NCBI GenBank assembly: GCA_050950425.1
Contig: JBMNHO010000002.1
Span: forward strand, 769,483-801,482
Length of the DNA stretch: 32,000 nt
Reading direction: 5' to 3'
Source of the DNA: Oscillospiraceae bacterium
Lineage (GTDB): Bacteria > Bacillota > Clostridia > Oscillospirales > Oscillospiraceae
Positions 15,652 through 23,836 of the stretch are shown here, one piece after another. Within the stretch, counting starts at the first letter, position 1, and every line of letters begins with the position of its first letter. Under the pieces are notes generated by a model that saw nothing but the letters and a program-made list of their open reading frames with translations, made no database searches and had not been told where the DNA came from. A program made the translations under genes and the position numbers.

Positions 15652-16983
15652 TTAGCCCTGTTCGTCCAAATCGTCAAAGGGGTCGCCGCATTCCGGGCAA
15701 AACTTTGGGGGTGCCTCCTGTTCGCCCGGCGCCCATCCGCACTTGTCACATCGATACGCCTTGGCGCCGGCCGGCTTCGGCTTGCCGCATTCGGCGCAAA
15801 ACTTCCCCTGGTTCACAGCGCCGCAGACACAGCGCCAGCCATGATCCGGCGCCTGCGGCTTCGGACTGCCGCACTCGGCGCAAAACTTTCCTGTCTGGTT
15901 TTTTGCGCCGCAGGCGCAGTTCCACGCCCCGCCGGCGGAGCTGGAAGGGGCGGCCTGGTCCGACTTTTGCGCCGTTTGGCCCAAGGCAAACAGGTCGGCC
16001 GGGTTCATTCCCCCCGCCTGCCCGGCCAAATTCATCCCCGCAAAGGCCATCACCGGCCCTGCTCCTTCGTTTTTTGCTGCCTGCACCATGGCTTCCGCCT
16101 GGGCACCGGCCAAATGGGCGGCCGCCATCGTGGGGTCCCGCATGACGGCGCTCTGCTGGAGCCGCTTGATCATGGCCTCGTCTTCTTCCGAGGCCGTGAC
16201 AGAGCTGATGCCAAAGGACGCCACCGCGATGCCCCGCATCTCGGTCCATTTCTGGGACAACACATGGTTCAGCGCATCCGCCATCTCCATGGTATGACCC
16301 GGCAGGGCGCTGTACCGGATGCCCATTTCAGAAATTTTTGCAAACGCGGGCTGAAGGGCCGTCATCAGCTCTGTTTTGAGCTGACTGTCCAAATTTTCTC
16401 TTTGATAGTCCTCTTTGATATTGCCGCAAACGTTGGTGTAAAACAAAATGGGATCCACAATTTTATAAGAATATTCCCCGTGGCAACGGATGGAAATGTC
16501 GATGTCCAGCCCGATGTTTCGGTCAATGACACGAAAGGGAACAGGACTGGGTGTGCCGTATTTATTCCCCACAATTTCCTTCATGTTGAAATAATACACT
16601 CGCTGGTCTTTCGCCGTATCGCCGCCAAAGCCGATGCGTTTTCCGAGCGTTTCAAAAGACGCCCGCACGCTGCTGCCCAAATCGCCGTAAAATAAGCTTG
16701 GCTCTGTGGACGTGTCGTACAGAAATTCTCCCGGTTCCCCCGAAAACTCCACCACCTGGCCCTGATCCACGATGATCATAAACTGGCCTTCATTCACCGC
16801 GACGATGGAGCCGTTGCTGATGATGTTTTCTTCTCCCTTTTGATTGGAGCCGCGCTTACCGGTACGTTTTTTCCCTTTGACCACCAAAACGTCCGATGAA
16901 CTGGCCTCACAGTAAAAATATTCACGCCATTGGTCGGCCAAAACGCCGCCCACGGCCCCTGCCACCGCTTTGATCAGGCCCAT
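15652..16983 (-). CDS. SPFH/band-7 domain protein of the YdjI / virion-core-protein-like family (COG4260-like) fused to three C-terminal zinc ribbons
   Basis: The N-terminus MGLIKAVAGAVGGVLADQWREYF and the body (VVEFSGEPGEF, YYFNMKEI, FRVIDRNIGLDIDI) resemble YdjI-type SPFH proteins. The C-terminus carries 3x CxCG...KFCxECG. Confidence 0.75.
   Translation of the reverse strand: MGLIKAVAGAVGGVLADQWREYFYCEASSSDVLVVKGKKRTGKRGSNQKGEENIISNGSIVAVNEGQFMIIVDQGQVVEFSGEPGEFLYDTSTEPSLFYGDLGSSVRASFETLGKRIGFGGDTAKDQRVYYFNMKEIVGNKYGTPSPVPFRVIDRNIGLDIDISIRCHGEYSYKIVDPILFYTNVCGNIKEDYQRENLDSQLKTELMTALQPAFAKISEMGIRYSALPGHTMEMADALNHVLSQKWTEMRGIAVASFGISSVTASEEDEAMIKRLQQSAVMRDPTMAAAHLAGAQAEAMVQAAKNEGAGPVMAFAGMNLAGQAGGMNPADLFALGQTAQKSDQAAPSSSAGGAWNCACGAKNQTGKFCAECGSPKPQAPDHGWRCVCGAVNQGKFCAECGKPKPAGAKAYRCDKCGWAPGEQEAPPKFCPECGDPFDDLDEQG
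15685..15924 (-). repeat. Intragenic tandem triplication encoding zinc-ribbon units
   Basis: The plus-strand motif GCCGCA(T/C)TC(G/C)G(C/G)GCAAAACTT recurs three times at a period of about 90 nt. It translates to WNCACG..KFCAECG, WRCVCG..KFCAECG and YRCDKCG..KFCPECG. Confidence 0.8.
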
Positions 16984-17046
16984 ATATCAAAAGCCCCCCT
17001 CTTCTGGATTTTCCCGTTTTTCCTTTTCTGCAGGAAATCTTCATTC

Positions 17047-17075
17047 AGTATACCATATCCCGGTCTGTTTGAACA
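17047..17075 (-). promoter_or_regulatory. Extended -10 promoter candidate for the SPFH gene
   Basis: Minus strand: TGTTCA, 17 nt, TATACT, with TGg immediately upstream of the -10. Confidence 0.4.
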
Positions 17076-17131
17076 GTCCTCTTCTGCCCCAAAATGTCCG
17101 ATATGTCCCCGGATATGTTGAAAGACGCACG

Positions 17132-19141
17132 TCATATTTCCCGCATCCCCTCTGAATCGGCCCTGTGCGCGAGCGTTTTGGGGCGCTCTCTTTTTGCGGC
17201 CGGCTGCTCCTTTTTTTCTCCCGCCGCGGCATGCTCTTCTAAAAAAGAGACGAATCGATCCCCCGGCAGAGGCCGGCTGTAATAAAACCCTTGAATATAA
17301 TCCACTCCCAGCTCTTTGAGAAATCGAATCTGCTCTTCCGTTTCCACCCCTTCCGACACGATTTTCATCTGCATCTCCTGCAGCATCTTCACGGTGTTGC
17401 AGTAAAACGTCCTGGCCTTCGGCACGCAAAATGCCTCCCAAAGCAGCTCCCGGTCCATCTTCACATTCTGAAACGGAAACTGTACCACAGAGTTTCCATT
17501 GGAATAGCCCTGCCCATAATCATCCAGCGAAAATGTAATTCCCTCTTGAGACAGCTCCTGCATCATGTCCAAAACCCGCTGCTTGGATCTGGCTGCCGTT
17601 GTCTCCGTGATTTCAAAATTGAGCTTGGTGGGAAAATGGGGAAATGACCTTATAATAGACAAAATCCGCCCCGCGGGATCCCCTTGGAGGAGCTCTGCCA
17701 AAGATAAGTTGATCTCTATGGTTTTTATGCCCAGCTCCCAAAGGGCGTTTTCCCGCAAAAAGCGACATGTTGATTCCAAAACAAACTGCCCCAATTTACA
17801 AATCAGGCCTTTTTGCTCCGCCACCTCAATGAATTCGCTGGGGTAAACCATGCCCAGCTTTTCATCTTTCATGCGCAAAAGCACCTCAGCTGCCGTAAAC
17901 TTCTGTTCCGCCAAAGAATAGATCGGCTGAAAGTACAAACTCAGGCAATGGTTTTCATCTATCTGCCGCAACGTGGTTTCAATTTGGAACCGCCGATTGA
18001 CATAATCTAAAATCGCGTTGTCTACCACCACTTGATGCCCCGTTTTCCATTTGGCAACCCCGATGGCATGCTCAAACACCGCCATCAGCCGCTCTCTGGA
18101 GCCTTGAACCTGGTGCAGCTGCACAATGCAGACACAATAGGAAACCTGCAGCTTTGATTCAAGGACGGTAAATCCCGCGCGAAAGCAAGCCTCCACTGCC
18201 AGCAGCAGCTGCCCTATCTTTTTCTTTTCCCCAATGACGGCAAACTGGTCGCTCCCCATGCGGAACACACGGCGTTTGTTTTTGCAAATGCGCAAAAGGT
18301 TTTGCGCCAATTCACAGAGCAGCTGGTCGCCTCCCCGAAAGCCGAACAATGTATTGATGGTTTTAAACTCCTTGATATCAATAAAAATCAAGGAATAATC
18401 CCGCCGCTCCCGTTTTTGATAGTCCATCACAACAAAAAGGGCGTCCCGCTCATACAGCCCCGTCAGCCGGTCTATGTAATCATCCGGACTTTGAAACGTC
18501 AGGTACATATTGCTCAGCGCCAGCGCGACCACGGCCCCAGTGAGCAAATAATGCGGAAAAAAATATTGGACCATCATTGCGACGATCATCAGGCCTACGT
18601 ACAAAGTAATCAAATAAAACTGAACGGGTCGCACCCTTTTCCGGTATCGCCAAAGAAAATACATGCCGCAAACGATATAAAACGCCGCAATCACATACAT
18701 AGAACAAAATTCGGTTCCACGGAAATACTGCATGTGCTCGTCAAGATAAAACAACCCACCCACAAATAAATTCGCAAATACCATCCCAACGGCACATAAA
18801 CAGGGCACCAGCAAAACCCAGCAAAGCACAACATCTTTCCTTGTGTTTCCAAGGCAGCCGGTCAACCCCATGATATAAACCATGAACATGCCGGGCAAAC
18901 CGATCTGAAGCAAAAACAGACCCGTGTTCACAAACATGTTCAGCCAAAGAGGAACATGGGTGCTGTAAGTCGTCGTGTACGCGCTTGCAATGTCAAACAC
19001 CAAGTTGGTCAGCATAATACAAAGAAAAAGCCCATACAGCTTGCCGGATCGCGTGTATAAATTTCCTTTGGAGAAAAACGAAATCGCCACGATCAATAAA
19101 AACGCCAATGCGCAAATCTCTAAACATGGATCATATCTCAA
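17132..19141 (-). CDS. Membrane c-di-GMP phosphodiesterase: multi-TM domain + degenerate GGDEF (GSDQF) + intact EAL domain
   Basis: TTG start with a GGGGGGA RBS 7 nt upstream. RMGSDQFAV replaces GGDEF. EAL-domain residues are present (QPIY, EVLLR, EITE, DDYGQGYS, KMDRE, EGVETEEQ, QGFYYSRP). Confidence 0.85.
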   Translation of the reverse strand: MRYDPCLEICALAFLLIVAISFFSKGNLYTRSGKLYGLFLCIMLTNLVFDIASAYTTTYSTHVPLWLNMFVNTGLFLLQIGLPGMFMVYIMGLTGCLGNTRKDVVLCWVLLVPCLCAVGMVFANLFVGGLFYLDEHMQYFRGTEFCSMYVIAAFYIVCGMYFLWRYRKRVRPVQFYLITLYVGLMIVAMMVQYFFPHYLLTGAVVALALSNMYLTFQSPDDYIDRLTGLYERDALFVVMDYQKRERRDYSLIFIDIKEFKTINTLFGFRGGDQLLCELAQNLLRICKNKRRVFRMGSDQFAVIGEKKKIGQLLLAVEACFRAGFTVLESKLQVSYCVCIVQLHQVQGSRERLMAVFEHAIGVAKWKTGHQVVVDNAILDYVNRRFQIETTLRQIDENHCLSLYFQPIYSLAEQKFTAAEVLLRMKDEKLGMVYPSEFIEVAEQKGLICKLGQFVLESTCRFLRENALWELGIKTIEINLSLAELLQGDPAGRILSIIRSFPHFPTKLNFEITETTAARSKQRVLDMMQELSQEGITFSLDDYGQGYSNGNSVVQFPFQNVKMDRELLWEAFCVPKARTFYCNTVKMLQEMQMKIVSEGVETEEQIRFLKELGVDYIQGFYYSRPLPGDRFVSFLEEHAAAGEKKEQPAAKRERPKTLAHRADSEGMREI

Positions 19142-19296
19142 GCTTTTATCCCCCCGCGCTGCGTTTGTTTCTTTTCCCGTTTTGTTTCCCGCAGGATTAT
19201 TATACTGTAAAAATCATGAAATTTCAACGAAATCTTGCATCTGCCATGGTGATTCTAAGTTTCTTCCTTTTTCTGCCTCCCCGTCCTTGGCGTCAT

Positions 19297-19347
19297 AAAA
19301 AATTCAAAAATGTGGGACAGCTTGTAAATCATTACAAGCTGCCCCAC
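19297..19347 (-). terminator. Rho-independent terminator for the 57-aa ORF
   Basis: Minus strand: GTGGGGCAGCTTGTAA-tgat-TTACAAGCTGTCCCAC (one G-U pair) followed by ATTTTTGAATTTTT. Confidence 0.7.
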
Positions 19348-19378
19348 GATCCTTCAGGCCCGGTTTCTCCGCTCTGCC

Positions 19379-19552
19379 TTAAAAGCCCATCGCGTCCGAA
19401 ATATAGTTAACAGCGTCACCCACTGCTTTCACCATCCGGCTGGCAGTTCCTTTTGATTTGGCCTGTTTCTGCTTCGGCATCACCGCGGCGCCAATGGCGG
19501 CGCCGGCAACCAAGCCAGCCGTCATTCCACGCAAAAATTCGCCGTGTTTCAA
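19379..19552 (-). CDS. Small (57 aa) YtxH-like membrane-anchored protein, below the ORF-track length cutoff
   Basis: Hand translation gives MKHGEFLRGMTAGLVAGAAIGAAVMPKQKQAKSKGTASRMVKAVGDAVNYISDAMGF. TTG start with a GGGGG RBS 8 nt upstream. A dedicated terminator lies downstream. The G/A-rich helix plus basic linker resembles YtxH N-termini. Confidence 0.5.
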   Translation of the reverse strand: MKHGEFLRGMTAGLVAGAAIGAAVMPKQKQAKSKGTASRMVKAVGDAVNYISDAMGF

Positions 19553-19690
19553 GTCCTTTGCCCCCTTTCCCCTTTATTTGCAAAGAGAAGCAGCGTGACA
19601 TTTTCACCGGTTTTTCAAATGTCAGCGCCCCTTTTCCGCCTTTAGTTTGCCCTGAAATCGGAAAAGCAGTTGATTTTTCTCCGAAATCGA

Positions 19691-19719
19691 TTGCGAAAAA
19701 TTTTACCATACGATATAAT
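19691..19719 (+). promoter_or_regulatory. Sigma-A promoter of the pyr operon
   Basis: TTGCGA (19691-19696), 17-nt spacer, TATAAT (19714-19719), about 95 nt upstream of pyrC. Confidence 0.6.
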
Positions 19720-19812
19720 AAAGAAAGCTGTATATTATGCGTGTTTTTTCGATGCAAGCCAAACGGAAACGCATCGTATTGTTTAGGAAAGGTCACAACA
19801 AAAAGGTGATTC

Positions 19813-21099
19813 ATGAAACTCTTAATTCAAAAAGGACGGATCATTGATCCCGTAACCGGCATCGGCGGCCAGCTGGATGTCTTGATCGAGGACGGCATCC
19901 TGTCTCTGATTGCCAGCGAGATACGAGAGCCGGACGCCGATCGTCTGGACGCCTCTGGCCTGATGGTATGCGCAGGCCTTGTGGATATGCACGTTCATCT
20001 GCGCGATCCTGGTTTTACCCATAAAGAAGACCTGGCCAGCGGCAGCGCCGCCGCGGCAAAAGGGGGGTTCACGTCTGTCGCGTGTATGCCGAACACCCAG
20101 CCGACGCTGGACTCTCCGTCGCGCGTTTCAGCGCTGCGCGCCCGGGCCGCGCAAATTGGCCAAGTGCAGATCTACCCCATTGCGTCGGTCAGTTACGGCC
20201 AGCTGGGCGCAGAAATGACCCAAGCGGACGCCCTCCGGCAGGCGGGCGCCGTGGCCTTGTCCGACGACGGGATGCCCATCACCAGCGCCAACCTGATGCG
20301 GGACGCGCTGATACGGGCCAAATCCGCGGGCCTTCCCATCCTGTCTCACTGCGAGGACGCTTCCATGGTGGACGGGCGAGCCGTCAATGAAGGCCCCATC
20401 TCCCGCCGCCTCGGCCTGCCCGGCCGGCCGGCCATTGCGGAGGAAATTATGGTTATGCGGGACGCTATGCTGGCCGCCGAAACCGGAAGCCCGGTTCACA
20501 TTTGCCATGTTAGCACCCGTGGCTCCGTTGAAATCATACGAGCTGCCAAAAAGCAGGGCGTTCCCATCACTTGTGAAACTTGCCCCCAGTATTTTACCTT
20601 GACGGAAGAAGACATTCTCACAAAGGGATCCCTTGCCAAGGTCAACCCCCCTTTGCGCACGCCGGACGACGTGCAGGCCATTATAGAGGGCTTGCAGGAC
20701 GACACCATTGACGTGATCGCGACAGACCACGCGCCCCATGCCGCGGAAGAAAAGGCACGCCCCCTTGCGGACGCGCCAAGCGGCATCAGCGGGCTGGAAA
20801 CGGCGCTGGGCGTGACGCTCACCGCCCTTTACCACACGGGGAAGCTGAGCTTGTCTCACATATTGCAGAAAATGACCATCAACCCTTCTGTTATCTTGGG
20901 TATCCCCAAAGGGCGGCTTGCCATCGGCGCGCCGGGTGACCTGACTTTGTTCCACCCGTCTGAGCGCTGGAAGGTAAACCCGGATGAATTTGTCTCCAAA
21001 GGGAAAAATACGCCCTTTGGCGGGAAAACGCTGACGGGCCGCGTGAAATACACCATTTTAAACGGAAGGATTGTCTACCCATTTACATCCAGGGAATAA
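19813..21099 (+). CDS. pyrC: Dihydroorotase
   Basis: GLVDMHVHLRDPG, VACMPNT, HCED, ICHVST and ATDHAPH motifs, in pyr operon context. Confidence 0.9.
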   Translation: MKLLIQKGRIIDPVTGIGGQLDVLIEDGILSLIASEIREPDADRLDASGLMVCAGLVDMHVHLRDPGFTHKEDLASGSAAAAKGGFTSVACMPNTQPTLDSPSRVSALRARAAQIGQVQIYPIASVSYGQLGAEMTQADALRQAGAVALSDDGMPITSANLMRDALIRAKSAGLPILSHCEDASMVDGRAVNEGPISRRLGLPGRPAIAEEIMVMRDAMLAAETGSPVHICHVSTRGSVEIIRAAKKQGVPITCETCPQYFTLTEEDILTKGSLAKVNPPLRTPDDVQAIIEGLQDDTIDVIATDHAPHAAEEKARPLADAPSGISGLETALGVTLTALYHTGKLSLSHILQKMTINPSVILGIPKGRLAIGAPGDLTLFHPSERWKVNPDEFVSKGKNTPFGGKTLTGRVKYTILNGRIVYPFTSRE

Positions 21100-21123
21100 A
21101 AGGGAATAAAAAGGAGCATATAC

Positions 21124-22047
21124 ATGTCATTCGACGTATTGCAGGATAAAATCCGCGCCATGAAAAACCCAACCGTTGTGGGGCTTGATCCGAAATTGGA
21201 ACATATCCCCCCTCAAATTTTAGAGCGGCAGATCGCCCAGCACGGGGAAACCCTGCGGGCCGCCGCGGAGGCCGTTTGCGAGTTCAGCTGCGGGCTCATT
21301 GACGCGCTGTATGACTTGGTGCCCGCGGTCAAGCCCCAAGCCGCTTATTATGAGGTGCTGGGCGCCTGCGGGATGGAGGCGCTGGAGCGCACCGTTCAAT
21401 ACGCCAAAAGCAAAGACCTGTTTGTCATTGCAGATGTGAAGCGGGGCGACATCGGCTCCACTGCCGCCGCCTACAGCCAGGCCTATCTGGACTGTGTCAC
21501 CGTTGGGGGAACGTCCTTCGAGCCGTTTCCCTGTGACGCCGTAACGGTAAACGCCTACCTTGGGTCGGACGGGATTCTGCCTTTTTTAGAGACCTGCAAG
21601 GCCAGGGATAAATGCTTTTTTGCCCTGGTCAAAACCTCTAACCCCTCTTCCGGAGAGCTGCAGGATCTGGTGGCGGGGGATCGGTTTGTATACCGGGTGG
21701 TGGGCGACTTGATCCAGCGTCTGGGCCAGGGAACGGAAGGGCGATATGGCTTTCACATGGCAGGGGCTGTTGTGGGCGCGACATATCCCATGGATTTGCG
21801 CTCTTTGCGCCGCCGGTTGGAGAACGTTTTTTTCCTGGTTCCCGGGTACGGCACCCAGGGCGGGAGCGCCGACGACGTCCGCCATGCCTTTAACCAGTTC
21901 GGCCACGGCGCCATTGTCAATTCCTCCCGAGGGATCATCGCCGCCTGGCAAAAAACAGGAAAAAACGGGGCAGACTATCAAGATGCCGCCCGTGACGCCG
22001 CCCTGCAAATGCGGGACGACCTGCGCCGGTTTATCACAATCGTATAG
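21124..22047 (+). CDS. pyrF: Orotidine 5'-phosphate decarboxylase (long, type 2)
   Basis: VVGLDP, IADVKRGDIGST and LVPGYGTQGG motifs. About 307 aa, typical of type-2 PyrF. Confidence 0.9.
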   Translation: MSFDVLQDKIRAMKNPTVVGLDPKLEHIPPQILERQIAQHGETLRAAAEAVCEFSCGLIDALYDLVPAVKPQAAYYEVLGACGMEALERTVQYAKSKDLFVIADVKRGDIGSTAAAYSQAYLDCVTVGGTSFEPFPCDAVTVNAYLGSDGILPFLETCKARDKCFFALVKTSNPSSGELQDLVAGDRFVYRVVGDLIQRLGQGTEGRYGFHMAGAVVGATYPMDLRSLRRRLENVFFLVPGYGTQGGSADDVRHAFNQFGHGAIVNSSRGIIAAWQKTGKNGADYQDAARDAALQMRDDLRRFITIV

Positions 22048-22120
22048 TACGATACGGTCGAAGGACAAACATTCCCTCGGCCGTATCTTTCAATTCAATC
22101 AATGGTAGGAGAGAATTACG

Positions 22121-22873
22121 ATGCCCATGCAGAAAGATTGTTCTATTTTGCGGTCAGACCGCCTGATTCCCCATGGCCATTCTTTGGTTTTGGACGCGGG
22201 CGAGCTGGCCGATTCCGCCCAGCCGGGCCAATTTGTGGAGGTTCTATGCGACGGCCTTTTTTTGCGCCGCCCCATCAGCATCTGCGACGCCGGCGCCGGG
22301 CGCATCCGTATAGTATTTGAAATAAAAGGAAAGGGAACGGAGCTTCTCTCGAAAAAGCGGGTGACGGAGAGCGTCAGCCTCCTTGGCCCTTTGGGGCAGG
22401 GGTTTTCCATTCAGGGAGAGCGGATTTTGCTGGTGGGCGGCGGTGCCGGCGCGGCGCCCCTCTTTTTTGCCGCCCGGCGCTGTCCCGGTACAGCACATGC
22501 GATACTGGGGTTCCGGTCGGCTCATGTTTCCATGCTGATAGACGCCTTCCGCGCGGAATGCCCCCAGGTGGATGTTGTGACGGAAGACGGGTCTTTGGGA
22601 GAAAAGGGATTTGTGGACCTGCCGCTGCGCCGCCGGCTGGCGCAAACCCGCTATACCCGCATTTTGGCCTGCGGCCCCCGACCCATGCTGAAGGCCGTTT
22701 CTGAAATTGCGGCGGAATTTGGCGTTCCCTGTGAGGTTTCTATGGAAGAGCGAATGGCCTGCGGCGTGGGCGCCTGTTTGGGCTGTGCCTGTAAAATGAA
22801 AGACGGCAGCTACAAAAGGGTGTGCCACGACGGCCCCGTCTTTTCCGCGTCGGAGGTGGATTTCGATGCCTGA
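22121..22873 (+). CDS. pyrK: Dihydroorotate dehydrogenase electron-transfer subunit (FAD/[2Fe-2S])
   Basis: [25 protein letters not shown] and the C-terminal [11 protein letters not shown] cluster motif. Overlaps pyrD by 8 nt. Confidence 0.9.
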   Translation: MPMQKDCSILRSDRLIPHGHSLVLDAGELADSAQPGQFVEVLCDGLFLRRPISICDAGAGRIRIVFEIKGKGTELLSKKRVTESVSLLGPLGQGFSIQGERILLVGGGAGAAPLFFAARRCPGTAHAILGFRSAHVSMLIDAFRAECPQVDVVTEDGSLGEKGFVDLPLRRRLAQTRYTRILACGPRPMLKAVSEIAAEFGVPCEVSMEERMACGVGACLGCACKMKDGSYKRVCHDGPVFSASEVDFDA

Positions 22874-23795
22874 TTTACGAGTTGATTTTGCCGGGGTTCT
22901 TCTGAAAAACCCTGTGGTTGCCGCCTCCGGCACCTTCGGGTTCGGAAGGGAATACGGCACCTTTTATGATCTGAGCGAGCTGGGCGCCATCTGCGTCAAG
23001 GGGCTTACTTTGGCAGAGCGGGCGGGCAACCCGCCTCCTCGCGTCGCGGAAACCCCCGGCGGCATGCTCAACGCCGTCGGCCTGCAAAACCCGGGGGTAG
23101 ACGGGTTCATCTCCAAAGAGCTTCTGGAGCTGCGGCGGCACCGTGTGAAAATCATTGCCAACGTCTCCGGGAACACCGTGGAGGAATACGGCATTTTATG
23201 TGAGAAGCTGGCCGCTGTTTCTGTGGATATGCTGGAGCTGAACATCTCCTGCCCCAACGTAAAAGAAGGGGGCATCGCCTTCGGCACCTCCCCGAGCGCC
23301 GCTGCCGCCGTGACGGCGGCGGCCAAAAAAAACGCCGGCAAAATCCCGGTTATGGTCAAGCTCTCCCCCAACGTGACGGACATTGTCTCCATCGCCAAGG
23401 CCGTGGCAGACGCGGGGGCAGACGCCATTTCCATGATCAACACCCTTTTGGGGATGCGCATTGACATTCACACCCGAAGGCCCGTCCTGCGCAATAACAC
23501 AGGGGGGCTGTCCGGCCCCGCCATCTTGCCCGTGGCCATCCGCATGGTTCACCAGGTTCGAAGGGCGGTTTCCCTTCCCATTTTGGGGATGGGGGGCATT
23601 GCGACGGGGGAGGACGCCGTTGAATTTCTTTTGGCCGGGGCCAATGCGGTGGCCGTTGGCAGCGCCAGCTTTCAAAACCCCTATGCGCCCATCGAGGTGC
23701 GGGACGGCATTGCCGCATATATGCAACGCTACCATATATCAAAGGTAACGGAGCTGACAAACGGCGTCCAGATTTGGGACGAGCCGTCCCCTTGA
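22866..23795 (+). CDS. pyrD: Dihydroorotate dehydrogenase 1B catalytic subunit
   Basis: [41 protein letters not shown] and GMGGI motifs. Confidence 0.9.
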   Translation: MPDLRVDFAGVLLKNPVVAASGTFGFGREYGTFYDLSELGAICVKGLTLAERAGNPPPRVAETPGGMLNAVGLQNPGVDGFISKELLELRRHRVKIIANVSGNTVEEYGILCEKLAAVSVDMLELNISCPNVKEGGIAFGTSPSAAAAVTAAAKKNAGKIPVMVKLSPNVTDIVSIAKAVADAGADAISMINTLLGMRIDIHTRRPVLRNNTGGLSGPAILPVAIRMVHQVRRAVSLPILGMGGIATGEDAVEFLLAGANAVAVGSASFQNPYAPIEVRDGIAAYMQRYHISKVTELTNGVQIWDEPSP

Positions 23796-23836
23796 CAGTA
23801 ACAATACCACCAGTATCAACATGAGGAGGAATCTGT

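Noticed and set aside
15685-15924. Regularly spaced repeat of about 22 nt, considered as a possible CRISPR-like or REP array
   Set aside because: The repeats are in frame within a CDS and encode three zinc-ribbon units. The spacing reflects domain triplication. No cas genes are present and no repeat-spacer architecture is seen.
15274-16695. 473-aa ORF on the plus strand
   Set aside because: It is antisense to the SPFH/zinc-ribbon gene and overlaps the lipoprotein gene. Its sequence is Arg/Pro/Ala-rich with no motifs and no RBS.
19416-19814. Overlapping ORFs of 132 aa (minus) and 118 aa (plus) upstream of pyrC
   Set aside because: Neither has an RBS or a recognisable sequence. They span the pyr promoter and leader, and a different minus-strand frame holds the better-supported 57-aa ORF.
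20128-20955. 275-aa ORF on the minus strand
   Set aside because: It is antisense to pyrC and shows no recognisable motifs.
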